Shown here one piece after another: positions 26,148-42,505 of a stretch of DNA of 64,000 nt. The notes beneath the pieces are model-generated. The model saw only the letters and a program-made list of their open reading frames with translations, ran no database searches and had not been told where the DNA came from. Each line of letters begins with the position of its first letter. Positions within the stretch are counted from its first letter, which is position 1. The position numbers and the translations under genes were made by a program. This stretch comes from the human T2T-CHM13v2.0 reference genome, Homo sapiens: assembly GCF_009914755.1 (NCBI RefSeq), contig NC_060933.1. One strand, written 5' to 3'.

Positions 26148-27095
26148 GTTTGAAGGTTTTTCTATGTGGGTGTTTTAACCTGCCTGTTATTCACCCGGCT
26201 GCCTCCGCAGGCACAAGAACAAGTGCGAATTGGTCGTTTGTCTCTATCCCCAGGTAATGGAGTCAGAAAAAAAATAAACCCAACTAGTTTCTAAGTTTAC
26301 AAGTTTCTTCTATTCAGCTCATCTCTAAGCTACAATGTTGGGAATCTCCTTCTTTTTCCCATGCCTCGGTTTCCTCAACTGTTGAGGGAATCTTAATTTC
26401 TATTCTGTGTACCCTGCAGAATGCTTTTAAAAATTAAATGAGATAATTAAACTGAAATTATCTTTATAAGAACAAAACACCTGCATACAAGACACCAAAA
26501 CCCTGAGTTTCCCATGGTAGAGGCACCTGTGCCTCTCACACTGTACTTCCTAATGGCTAGTTCCACCGTAAGAAAAGAATAAGGCCATTTTCTGGCAACA
26601 GTGTCTTCTTTTTCTCGTAAATACTTTGGTGTAAGACAGGCTCGTTCACCAGGTGAAGTTAAAGATCGATTGGTAATTGGTATCCCAATCCAGAGATCAA
26701 CTGAAAGGACACATGTGCCTTTTCTTCCCATGCTGATGACTGAACCCTGGTTTAATATGTCACACGTCCTCCTACATGGAGCTCTGCCAGACTACAGGGA
26801 TTCTTGTCAATTGTATTTGTTTTTGTTTTCTTACTTTGGAAAAATAAAGACATAGAAGAGAATCTATCAGTGTGAGAAAGTTGTTTATACTATAGTAGCT
26901 GTACCTAACAGTTAACCCTCTCCTCCATAGTTGAAATAAAAATCTTTGAGATGAAGCCTTCCAAGAAGACAAGGCTGCCAGCAATTCCAATACTAATTAC
27001 AAATGTGTTGAATCTACACAGCTGGTTGGTTAAAAGCTTAAGCTCTGGAGTAACCCTTAGTCAGGGATTAACTCTTACTTTCTTGATACAAACTT

Positions 27096-27730
27096 GTGTT
27101 TGATAGATTACCAAAACAAACAAACAAACAAACAAACCAAAAAATGCTGCAAGTCTTCACTTCCCACTATATTTATGCCCTTGTAATGTTTGTAGCTCCT
27201 CCCATCAATAGGAAGAGTCTGTTTCTCCACTCCCTTAAATCTGAACTTACCAATAGAATGTGGTAGAAGTAACACTGCACCAGTTCCAAGCCTAGGGCTC
27301 AGGAGAACTTGAGGTAGATAGTGGCTGTTCTCCTGCTGCTCCTCCCCCTCCTCCTCCTTTTCCTCCTCTTTTTCCTCTCTCTGTCTCTCTCTCTCTGCAC
27401 ACATGTGCACTGAATCCTGCAACTGACATAAGGGCAAGCCTAGGCTCACCTTCTAGACGATGAAAACTGTGGGACAGTCACCTTCATCACCCAGCTGACA
27501 GCCAGACAACGACAGACATGTGAGTGGGGTCATCCTAGACCAGCCAGTTCCTAGCTGACCTGCCATCTTAACTGAAGAGGCATGAGTGAGCACAGCCAAG
27601 ATTAGTAGAGCCTTGCTCAGATCAGCAGAGCCACTGAACTGAGAAGACTTATGAGAGATAATAAATGAGTATCGATTAAGCTATTGAGGTCTGGAGGTCA
27701 TTTTACATGCAGCAATATGTAACTAACACA
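27096..27730 (+). mobile_element. MLT1-family solo LTR inserted in a MIR
   Basis: 'cctcccatcaa...gagtctgtttctccactccctt...ccagttccaagcctagg...gcagcaatatgtaactaacaca'; MIR pieces on both sides. Confidence 0.75.
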
Positions 27731-28397
27731 GACCCTAAGAAAGTTAGAGATTTTCCTGAGCCTTGATTCCCTCACTCCTCATCTGAAAAATGGGAATAAT
27801 AATATTAAACACCACAGAGAACTGTAATAAGTATTCCATTAATGGTTATTCTCACTAAAGGGATTCTATTTGAAAAAATTTTATTGAAGTTGCGGGTTTA
27901 AAAGCATCGCATCTTCTGAATGCCCTCCTCCAAAAACTACACTCCCCCAAACTACACACACAAGACCAAATTAGTGAAGCTTCACTGTAAATTCAAAGTT
28001 TCACCAAGTACTTAGGAACAACTTTTTTTAATTTACCCTAACACTATCAGCAAGTGACAAATAAGAATTAGAATTCACATTTCCTTGAAAGAAAATGGGA
28101 AAAAATAAAACACACCACTGTTCCTGCCACAGAACTAGGATTGGAGTTTTAAGCTCACCACTGTACCCAGTTTGGTAATTAGTGAATTGAGAGGCTAAAT
28201 CTTTTCCATGTTTGGAATAGAAAAAGGCTCTGTCAAAAATAAGGCCTTGTAGTGGGCTCCAATATATTTTGGAAATTTCCAGAAAGACCTGAGGATGCAA
28301 CCATTTCTACCATATTTTCTGTCCCAAAAGGCTTCTCTCTGTGCAGCCCTGCCTTACATGCCATGTCTTGCCACTTGTAATTCAAGACCAGAGATGC

Positions 28398-28458
28398 AAA
28401 AAAAAAAAAAAAAAAAAAAAAAAAGGAGAGAGAGAGAAAGAAAGAAAAAGAAAGAAAG
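28398..28458 (+). repeat. A27 homopolymer followed by a GA/GAAA-rich tract
   Basis: Read directly from the sequence. Confidence 0.9.
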
Positions 28459-28749
28459 CTCTCTTCTCCTTCTCTGCCTCTCCCTCATGAGCCTGGTTCT
28501 AATCTCTCAAATGATTCCAAACTCCTCCAATGAAGCCAAATTTTTGTATAGCATGTCACACCATTTCTCCTCCAGAGCTAATGACCTACCCAATGACCTA
28601 CTGGTAGCACTTTCCTGTTTCAATCACATATGTTGCCATTTCCTCTTCCAGGTCTTTGTTAGACATAGCTAGCCAATCACAGTGTTTGTTTCTCTTGAAT
28701 TCAGAATTGACCTCAGAATCCTTCAAAATAGAAGCAGCAGCAACAACAA

Positions 28750-29505
28750 TGTAATAACAACAAATAAGCACTTATATAGCACTCACTCCATGTGAGACAC
28801 CTGGAGCTTTTAATAGATTAATTCAGTTAGTAATCACAACAATCTTATGAGGTAAGTATTTGTATTATTCTTATTTTGCAGATAAGAAAACGTAAGCACA
28901 ACAAGATTGAGTAAGTTGCTTAAGGCCATACGTGGTAAATAAACTAGAAACTGGGATGAAGACTTAGGCAATTTAGATGCAGAATCTGTGCTTTTAATCA
29001 TTATGCTATTCTAAGAAGACATCCCAGAAAACTGACTTATCAACCGTTGGAGTTTACAGAAGTGATGAATGTAATGAAACCCCTTTGCTTTCATGATTAT
29101 AGAACACTTTTCCTAAAAGGTGTACTTTTGGAGAACACTTCATTTATCTCCTCATTTTTATAGATGGAGGAACTGAAGTCTACAAGAGTAAAATGGTTTG
29201 TCTAGGATCAACATATTTTGAAAATATGACTAGTTGGAAAAAGAGTCATTCTGGTGACTTGTGACTCTTCATGCTATTGGCTATTAACTCTCATAATAGC
29301 TATCATTTATTGAGTGTTCATTGTGAGCCAGATATTGTGCTAAATGCTTTACATGCACTTTCTCATTTAATTCATAGAAAACTCTAGGATGAGAAAACAA
29401 GCTCAGAGAGGTAAAGGAATGGCCCAAGGTCACATAGCTAGTAACGAGAGGAGTATAAATTGTGGTCTTGTTCTGGCTGACTCCAGACCTCCTGGGTTTA
29501 GCTAC
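28750..29505 (-). mobile_element. Cluster of MIR fragments
   Basis: Repeated MIR cores: 'attttgcagataagaaaa', 'tttttatagatggaggaactgaag' and 'gctcagagaggtaaaggaatggcccaaggtcacatagctagt'. Confidence 0.65.
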
Positions 29506-30230
29506 TTTGTGACATTGGATGATAAGGTTATCTGATGAAAATCATGCTACTACTTCGGATTGAGACAAAACCAGATATTTGTTGTTACTTTATAAATTCT
29601 TTTATTATTGTTCATACCCTGAAAAGTCTAAGGTTTCACCCCACTGATCTTCACAAAATGGAATAGAATACCATTTTGAACCATGGAGAATTAGATGTCA
29701 TGTGTAGGAAACATTTGTAGAAATGTATCAATTGCATATCTCAAAAACAATTGCAGAGGATTGGGGAAGGAGAATTTCCAGGCAATCTAGAAACATGCAA
29801 ATAGATTCCAAGGTCAAATAAAATCCTTTTGAATTCACAGGCACAAATCAATGGGCAGAAGTGATCCTGGGAAATTAAACTCCATGAAGTCAAGAATCTT
29901 GTCCTTAAGTTCTGTTTTCTGCCCTCCTGTCAGACCATTGGCACACTGTAGGTGCTAACAAAGTTCAGAACTTAGAGGGCCTTAATCATATCAAAGCCAA
30001 CACCCTCATTCTACAGGTACAAGAATAAGTCCTAGAAAGAAGTGACTTTCCGAACAAAAGTCTCTATATTCCAAGCTCAATGCACAGCCACTGGAATTGA
30101 AGGTGAGATAAAAGAGGAAACAAGGAGGAACTATTTCTAATCATAATACTTGGGTTAGGTGTGGTATAGGGGGCATTAGAGGACATCTTATCCAGCTCTT
30201 CAACTGGTGCTTAATCCCTTGTCATATTAA

Positions 30231-30533
<303 letters not shown>

Positions 30534-30944
30534 TTAGGTAAAAGTAAACAGTGAATAGCAAAACCTCTCAAAAGCATTGGTTTTTTTTTTTCTCAACTTA
30601 TGGCTTTCAATTTTATTTTGTGAAGCAATTAAAATATATTCTCTATTACAGTAGGCTGAAGTGATTTAAAAATATATCCTGTAAAAAGTCTATTTCTTTA
30701 GTTTGAGTTCTTTCACATGGATGGTTCAGTGTTTCCCATCCAATATTCTTCTCCTAGCCAGAGACCATTATTTTTGATGGAAGAAAAGCTTACAAGGGAG
30801 AAGTTCATTCCAGATTCCACAGACCATCGAGTCCTTGGCTTCTACCACAAGCCTGCTAATTTCAGAGCTAAGAATTGCTCAGGAGGCATTGAGCCATGAC
30901 CACCTAGTGTCTTTAGAGTCACAAAACCATAGCCAGTTAGTGTT

Positions 30945-31085
30945 GGAATGGACCTTGGAGATAATTTGGTTCTGGCCTCTCATTTTGCAGATGGGCAGAC
31001 AGAAGGGTTAAGTGAGTTGCCCAAGGTCACACAGCTGGTTAATGGCAGAGTTGGACCAAGATCTCAGCTCTCCAGTCTCCTGGTC
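30945..31085 (-). mobile_element. MIR
   Basis: 'cattttgcagatgggcagacagaagggttaagtgagttgcccaaggtcacacagctggttaatggcagag'. Confidence 0.7.
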
Positions 31086-31249
31086 ACATTGTCCACTCCC
31101 TCATGCTGCCTCCTCAGGCTGCTCAGCTGTCACTAAAGCAGCTGTAGCATTTGCTGCTCCATAACCAGCTCCTGGAAGCAGAAAGGGAAGCCTTTCTTTC
31201 TTGTCTCTCATAGCTCTAATTTTTCGCTCCCTTCCATCTAGTGCATGGG

Positions 31250-31429
31250 GTTCTTTCTGGTCTGATTGCATCTGTGAAACCAAGGATAGCTTTTGATTAT
31301 TCCCCTGTAACAGTTGCTTATACCTAGTTGGGTTTGTTGTTCTTTCTGGTCTGATTGCATCTGTGAAACCAAGGATAGCTTTTGATTATTCCCCTGTAAC
31401 AGTTGCTTATACCTAGTTGGGTTTATTGT
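31250..31429. repeat. Tandem duplication, 89-bp period, 2 copies
   Basis: 31250-31335 is identical to 31339-31424 over 86 bp; one mismatch in the remainder of the period. Confidence 0.97.
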
Positions 31430-33586
31430 ATAATGCAGTAGGCAGATCTGTCCTATTTAAGAACAATTTTAACAAAAGATAAAACCATGACTTTCACATA
31501 AATATGAAATGAACACATGTCAATATTTTATTTAACTCATGAATTAATGAGGGAACCAATAAGATGTTGCAAACCACTAAAGGGAGAATTTAAGGAACAT
31601 ACATAGGCAACCAGGAGGCTGACATAGATTTACAAATAGGTGCAAAATTGATCAATATCCAGAGAGCAGTATTCAATCATATCTTCCACTGGACACATTT
31701 GCATTCCTAGAGGACAATCATCATTTGCATTAATATTAGTTTTCCTTGACTTATGAAGTGGTAAGATAGCTCAATCACAATGAAATATAACCCAACATAA
31801 AGACAATATCTATAAGCCAAAAGAGTAGACTAGGCAGAACCTCCAATAACCTTTTTGCCCTTTTTAAAGTCTTTCACAATTTTTCTGATAGTCCCAAATG
31901 ATGTGGTGATAACTTTTCCCTTGATTACAATATCTCTGAATCTCTCCGGGTAGAAAATAAAGTGGCCCACTGTCATTCTTACACGCTGTCTCCCCGTGCC
32001 TCATTCGCTCACTCCTCTGGAAGCACATCACACGGCCAGATCTCAGGAGTCTTCCACAATTTTTCTCTCAGTCAGCTGTCAAGATGGTAAAGGGTCTGAA
32101 CAACTGGATTTAAGCCTTCCTTTCAGCTTTCTACAGCTGTATAACCTTGGAGAAGTCACTTGACCTCTTTGAGTCTCAAATTCCTTGTCTGTAAAATGGT
32201 TATTATGATTTTGGCTTCCCATGATTCTAACGGAGTTACGAAATTAGACCATGTTTTCTTAAGCTAGTTTTTCAGGGATATATGCTAGATATGTCCTTGA
32301 AATATATAAATAACATATATGTTATTTATAGATAATGTAAATCATTTATGTTATTTATTAAAATGAAAGTTTATTAAGAGTATAAGAGCATATGTGAATA
32401 TTTATTAAAAAGAGAACACCTTAGCAGCAGCACGGTAACTAGCATAAGTAAAACAAGAGAGCAATGAAAAGTGTTGGAAAACTTTGTAGGGTTCTTTCCT
32501 TTGCTCAGGAACAGGAAGTGCATCTGACTCTCAGAGCCAGAAAGTAGGACATGTATTTTCTCATTTTCTCTCCAAGGCCACTTGGTTTTTCATGTCTGTT
32601 TCTTTCTGCTTGTTTGCTGCATTCTTCTCTTCATGAGCCCATATTCCTTGGCCAAGTCTTTCACTTGTGCCACATTCATCATGGACTTAGCACAGATGGC
32701 AGTCTGAGTTGCCCAGTGGACAAGTACCTGCTGATCCTTATCTCACTGACTCATCTGTATCCCAGTTCCAAATTTCCAGGAGAGAGAACTGGAATGGCAG
32801 AGCCCACCCTTTGGGCTGGTTTCCTCATTGTATACCTATCAGGTCCAATCGGCTTCGACCATAGGCTGCCAGGTCATATAGTACTAGCTAGGCAGAGAAG
32901 ACTGCTTCTGTGGGAGAGGAGAATGCTTTGAGTACTCCAAGTAAGATAAACTACCATATATTTTCATATGCCAACTTAGAACATTTGAGATTCTTCAAAT
33001 CACCATAAAGGAAATGGTTTTCAGGTGGAGAACAAGGCAGGAGGCAGTCCCCACAAGATAAGTAAATTCTCACTGTAATTCATTAATGCTCCAATTATTT
33101 ACAGCATGTCCATTTTAGAGCTCAGGGAGATTTCTCTAGACAAATGATTGTGTTCTTCCATCCAGGAAACAGAATTTATATGTGCTGTTGCCAACAGCTG
33201 TCTAGCTGAGATGCTCTACCCAGCCACTGCCTTGGGGGGTTTGGGGTAATTTTTTTATAATTCAGGATTTGATTGTGTCTAGACTACACCCTCTGACATC
33301 ACTGTAAACCACTGAGAAATCTTGGTTTAATATCATTTGACTGGAGGGTGGACACCACAGAGATTTGTGATGTAAATATCTAGGGGCATCACTACTAACT
33401 CCATCCATTCAATGGCATGGAAAGAAATGTGCTATAACTCTCCTCCCAGAGCATATGCACTGGAGAAAAGCATTTCTGTGTGAACTCATTAGAGTGCCTT
33501 TATTTAGCTTATACAAAGCTAACTTGAAGGTTGGTGCTGTATGCTGATTTTAAAAGGGTCAGTGGCAGTTTAAAAATAATTTAGGA

Positions 33587-33899
33587 GGCTGGGTGTGGTG
33601 GCTCATGCCTGTAATCCCAGCACTTTGGGAGGCCGAGGTGGGCAGATCACGAGGTCATGAGATTGAGACCATCCTGGCTAACACGGTGAAACCCTGTCTC
33701 TACTAAAAATACAAAAAAAAAATTAGCCAGGCATGGCGGCGGGCACCTGTAGTCCCAGCTACTTGGGAGGTTGAGGCAGGAGAATGGCATGAACCTGGGA
33801 GGCAGAGCTTACAGTGAGCCGAGATTGCTACTGCACTCCAGCCTGGGCGACAGAGCAAGACTCTGTCAAAAAAAAAACCAGAAACAAACAAGCAAAAAA
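33587..33899 (+). mobile_element. AluY
   Basis: 'gatcacgaggtc...gagaccatcctggctaacacggtgaaaccc', 'agaatggcatgaacc' and 'gagctt'. Confidence 0.93.
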
Positions 33900-35774
33900 T
33901 TCAACTTCTACAGAGTTATGTAAAAACTTTCACCTGCATTTTTCACCAGCCAAAATGATTTGACTTTGATCACTGCAAAATCATCCATGTCACAGGCCTC
34001 CTCTTCTCTTTCTAAATCAACAAACTCCATGCTACAATCACAATAGATTTCTCCCATTTTCTAATCCTCCCCTGCACTTTGGTGAATCTAAATTTTGTCC
34101 AGATTATTTCCCAACCTGGAACCCTTTCCCAATATTTTTGCCTATAAAAATCTTATTTTTCCCCCTGGGCTAAATTTGCCTGTCACTGTTTCATTAAAAT
34201 CCACCCTAACCGAGACAAATGAATCCTTATCTTGTATTATCATCCATCATATTCCTTTATTTAGAATGTCTTTGTGCATGCTTATCTTTCCCTATAACGC
34301 TGTAAGATCCTCAGGGACAAAACCAACATATACCTCATCTCTGTTTTACTTGAAATGCACAGTATGAGGTTTTGCACATAATAGATGTTAAATGTGAATT
34401 AAATTGAAATAAATTTATTTTTGAGTGTTTCAAAGAAATCCGAGTGTAGAGAAGTTACACATGTATGATTTAGTTTCTTCCCAAACTTCAGATGATACCA
34501 CCTGAGAAAAACAAAGCTCTAAACTTGTTGCTTAAGAGTATTTTTTCTAGTAATTAAGTTAGCTATTACTTATTAAGAACTTATCAAGCACTAGTTGCTC
34601 TTCTAAGTTACATGTTGCCATCTCTTAATTAGCCCTTAAAACAATTCAGTGAGGTAGTTTCTACTACTATCTCATGTTGCACACTAATAAACTGAGACCT
34701 GAATAGGTTGTATAACTTGCCTGGAGTCCCATGAATGATATATGATGGATTTTGGATTTGTTTCCAGATTTCACATTTTTAACCACTATTAATACTTATT
34801 TGGAGCCAGATCAGCCATCATCCCACCTCAACTGTCTAAGGAGTATTCAGAACCAAGGACAGACAGCACAGATCACACACTTGCCTTTCTTCTAGTTGGA
34901 ATATAGCCTTCCCTGGCTTGCTTTCTAATCTCTGTGTCCACATCCCACAATCCCTAGTGAATCAGCCAAAAACTGCATGGACCAGTCTGAGGGGAGCTTA
35001 ATCAGGAGTGCCAAGGCCAGAACAATATGAATGGTGATGCTACATTGAAATTTCCTTACTACTTTGTCCTCACAGTAGAGCATTAAGAAGGGCTGCACAG
35101 ACAGTAAAACCGTTTCCACTGCCCGTTTTCTCCCTCTCTGTAATGTAGCCAGAGACTTAAATACGATTGAGTTAATCTTTGAAGAAAACAGAAAATACTG
35201 TAACAATAAAGGCTGTAACATGGTTACAAATGAGAGCTACTGCTCCCTTTTGCATTCTAAATTCCGAGGATAATTCTGCAGAGCTTCATTACCAGAGTAT
35301 AATTGTGTTATAGAACTCTAAATCACCCTGCTACACTTAACTGGCAATAACATTAAGATAGCGCAGATATTCATTTTAATTAAAACATAGCCTCAAACTA
35401 TTTCCCTGCTATAAGAGGCAAAACTTTCTCTCTTTTTTCCCCCTATACAGAAACTTTCATTTGTTAGTACATCTATGACCAGCAGTAGATAGGAGATTTA
35501 AGCACAATTAGGAAATCCCACCTTATAAGCCAGAAGCAGTTAATGCTTTGCTGAGGAAGATGAACAACAGGAAAGCTGGATTTGGTTTTAATTTTTTCTG
35601 ATATGCAAGGCACTGGCAGTAATTGTTTCAGAAAGAATGGGATTCTGAGATAATCAATTCAAAAGCCATTCAAAAAATTTAAAAATTAAATTATAGTAGT
35701 CCCAATATATTTTTAGAAAAATTCCTTAGTAGTCCAGCGGTCTTCAAGAGTTCCTAATTGCCTGAAGCACAGAC

Positions 35775-36300
35775 ATTCATCTATTTAACAAACACTGTAT
35801 TTATTTAACATATATTTTGTGCTGCATGCTGACAATGCATAGGTAAGTAGAAGTTGGTTTTTTCCCTCAAATATATAGCAATCCAGTGGCAGGGATGGGG
35901 GATTGACATATGAATAAGAAATTGCATTACAAAATGTTTTCTATGAAGGATGTGGCCCCATATTCCTGTATTCCTTCAGAGATGGAAAATTTGGTATGGA
36001 TTTAGGAGTGCATGCAAGAGATTTCCATACAGACAGCTGAATGACAAAAGCAGAGGAATGACAGGTGCAAAAGCAAAGTTTCATGAAATAGTATAGGCTA
36101 TTCAGGAGATTCTAAGTGGTTCAGTATGGCTAGACTGTAGTATGTAAAGAGTTAAAGGAAAATGGTGTTGGTGAAGTCCAAGATGTGGAGAATCTAAGTT
36201 CATTGGGAAGTAGTTTAGGTTTTAATCAACAAGTGATGAGGAGTCGAGGAAGGGTTGAGGGGCAAATTAGCATTGATCGAAACATGACTGTGGAAGCTTT
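35775..36300 (-). mobile_element. L2 fragment
   Basis: 'cattcatctatttaacaaaca...aggtgcaaaagcaaag...gttcagtatggctaga'. Confidence 0.5.
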
Positions 36301-37054
36301 AACACATGAAGACCAGATTCTGTAGCTTCACACTGAAGGCTTCAAATTCTCTTTTCATTCACATAATAATATTAGTAAGATAACAATGACAGTTGGATCA
36401 GAAACACCGGTTAACATTGCTAAATGCATACTATATGTTGAATGCTTTGCCGTGATATCTTATTTCATCCTTAAATGTTTAAAGATTAACAGTCTTTATT
36501 TTATACATAAGGAAACTCAGGCACAGACAGATCCGATACGTTGTCCACCAAGACCACACAGATGGAATTGGGATTCAAACTTAGACCTGATTCCAAATTC
36601 CACACTCAGAATCACAATCACTCAGCAAAATTTGCAGTGTCAATCAATTAAAAGCAGCTAATTATAGATAGATGTAAAGCATCCTGCCTATCCATCTCCT
36701 CATACAAAAGATGATTCTGTGTATTGTTTTTTAAATATGAACAAGGTCATTTGTCATTAATCTTGCCCATGCCTCTGAAACTTCTAAATCTGCTCTCTCC
36801 CTTCTCTATGCATGTCTGAATCTAACTCACACTTCAAGATTAGGCTGAAAGCTTACCTGTTCCAGGATGCTCACCATGAGCATTGGCTGCAATTGATATC
36901 TTCTACTGCATTGGCTGTCTCTGTTACAGAGGTGTTTGGGTTAGAGAGATGTATAAAGCACATGAGGTCCCTTTTCTAGTGGAGCTTAATTTCTAGGTTA
37001 AATACTTAGTGAGTGTCAGAGATGGGATGAAACCCAGGCAGTCTTACTCTATAG

Positions 37055-37375
37055 CTGGACTTTCAATGTGATAGCTACTGGCTACATCTGACTGTTGAGT
37101 ACTTGGCTAATGGCTAGTCCAAATGGATATGTGCTGTAAGTGTAAAATCACAAAAAATTCTGCAGGCTTAGTATAAAAAAATGTAAATATCTTATTGATT
37201 TTCTGCGTATATTGATTACATGTTGAAATAATATTTTGTACTTACAGTGTTTCAAAAAAATATATTATTAAAATTAATTTTACCTGTTTCTTTTTACCTT
37301 TACAAAATACAGGTACTGGAAAATTTTAAGTTGCATGTAACTTGCATTACATTTCTATTAGGCAGCACGGGTCTA
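37055..37375. mobile_element. MER33/MER3-type hAT-Charlie MITE
   Basis: 'gatatgtgctgtaagtgtaaaat...ttacatgttgaaataatattttg...aaaattaattttacctgtttctttttac...atttctattaggcagcac'. Confidence 0.75.
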
Positions 37376-39579
37376 TACTTTGTACTCCTAATGATTATAT
37401 TATCCTCTAATAAAGGGAAAAATATAAAAAGAAAATTGAGGAGAGTGATAGACATTCTGGTATTAATAACACAGTGATATAATAGGACATGTGAATAAGT
37501 GGGGGGAGGTAGACCTGACATTACATATGATGGGCTGGAAGTTCTGCCTGAGAATGTGATATTTGAACAGAAACCTGGAAAACAGCCATGCAAGGTGCAA
37601 GCCAGGCACACAATGCAAGATAGGCAGAGAGCTTATTGCTTTTAACACTGATTTGATAGTTAATATCTACTTTTAAATATTTTTGCTTATAACTTTTTTT
37701 TTAACTTGTAGAGGGCACTGAGTATAGCAGGAAGCATATGGCTTTAAAAATCACTCTAATTTTTTATTTGAACTTCAAACTTAGACATTCACTTAATATC
37801 TGCTGATTTTATTTGCATCTGTAAAATAGAAAAAAAAATCCTCTCTAATTTATCACAATATTTATGTGAAATTTAGTATGCAGAACATCTACCACAATGC
37901 AAGCATTTAAATATTACTTTACCTTGCCTTCTTTTCCAATTTGATTCTGAACTTGCACAGAACATGAAACATCAACATTCTGTATTTTACCAGCTGTCAC
38001 GGACACTAGCATAAAGACTTGCACATGGTAGATTTGCAATAAAAGAGTTGAGTCAACATTCTTTATTAAGTACATGTATTTACAATACCAGAGGATTCTG
38101 GAATATATTTGAGCCAGTCCTCATAAATTTGACATCGTCTTTAAAAAGTCTTTGCTACCAGATTCTTTTCACTTATTTAATTACAATTTGAAGTGCTTTT
38201 CCAAACATCCCCTTTAGTTACATTTGTGAAGTTTTCAATAGTTGACAAAGTGCTTCAACATTTATTTGATCTTCACAATTGCACCTCAAAATAAGAAGAG
38301 CAGGCATCATTAGAAAACAGAAACAAGAGACACAGTGACCTGACTGCAGTTGAACAACCAATAAACGGCAAAGCTGATCCTCTAAGTCTGGGCTCTAAGT
38401 CTGGGCTGATCCTCTAAGTCTAGACATTTTTTTTTACCACATTATGTTGATCCTTCTAATAAAGAGTTCTTTGTTAAGATGGTACCATTTGAGATTCTTT
38501 TTTCAATTTTTCTATAGCCTCAGCCTGAACTATACTCGTATGTTAGCTTTCCTATGTCGACATATTTTCTTGTGGCATCTGCTTGCGGTATAGCACTCAA
38601 ACATGTGTTGAGTGACTGGGCACACTTGTTCAACTCTTGGGCAGTTCAGGGGCTTTTTACTCCCTCTAGATTGGTTTGCTCAATCTAAGTTCTAAAGTGC
38701 TGGTAGGGTTTGAAACTTGCAAGAAAAGTACTTGCTATCTTCCTAGAGCTTGCCAATGGATGCTCTGAGAGGAAAATAGGCAAGGTTACAATGCCTTCAG
38801 GCTTCCAACTAGAGATTTCAAATATTTCTAATTTCTTCAATTTAGCTTCATTTAAATTTTACTGAGAGGTAATTGCACTGAATTAATATAGTTACAATTA
38901 TGCTGAAATCAATCCATTAACATCTTGAAAATTCTTATTAATCTGGCAGCGATGTTACGGATAAAAACAGAAATACATCCTCTATTTGGAGTGTAGATTA
39001 ATATAATAAGAATGCTGGAGTTAATTTCTCCAGGATATGAATTCCTTGAGACAAGAGACCGTGACTTAATTTTTTGTTTTCTGGTTTTAAAGTGCTGCTT
39101 TTAGTACATGAAGATAATATTTGCATGCCAAAGTACCTGGATCCACTTGTCCTCATTTCTATTTCATCAAAGGGAACCTGATTTAAAGTCCAACTCACAG
39201 AGACACACTTCTGTATGTATTTGTGTGGCTTTTAATGTCTCTCTATTTTCTCTTTCATAAATATACTCGAGACAAGGAATGTGTCACCTTTTTTTCGACT
39301 TTATACCTAGCACAGTTCTTAGAACTCAGTAAATATGCTCCATAAAGTGCTGATGATTGTGATGGTAACCACAACAATGACAGTGATGATGATTATACTA
39401 AACCACCAGTAATCATGTTTGTCCTTTTAATATATTAGGTGGCTTAAGGTAGTGGCATGAAACTTAGAATTAACTCAAAATGTGTTTTGAGGTTACACAA
39501 AGTACAGTCTAAACACTGATTTTTCTTGGCATCAAATATGCAATTTATCTACTTCTATATCTTATCATTATTCTGTATC

Positions 39580-42330
<2,751 letters not shown>

Positions 42331-42365
42331 AGAGCAGTATGCTTCAAAATGAAATAATAGATATA

Positions 42366-42505
42366 TTACCACAAGTAAATGGTAAATGCATGTGATGATA
42401 GATACTCTAAATACCCTGATTTGATCATGATACAACATGTATATGCTTTGAAACATCAAGTTACACCCCATAAAAATGTATAATTACAGTGTATCAGTAA
42501 AACGG
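42366..42505 (+). mobile_element. Very short L1MA 3' fragment
   Basis: 'taaataccctgatttgatcat...accccataaaaatgtataatta'; exact TSD ataatagatata at 42354-42365 / 42506-42517. Confidence 0.8.

Noticed and set aside
31250-31429. CRISPR-like or minisatellite array
   Set aside because: Only two adjacent copies, no spacers, eukaryotic context.
31445-31800. Possible hAT (BLACKJACK-like) DNA transposon fragment
   Set aside because: Resemblance from memory only; I could not define termini or a TSD.
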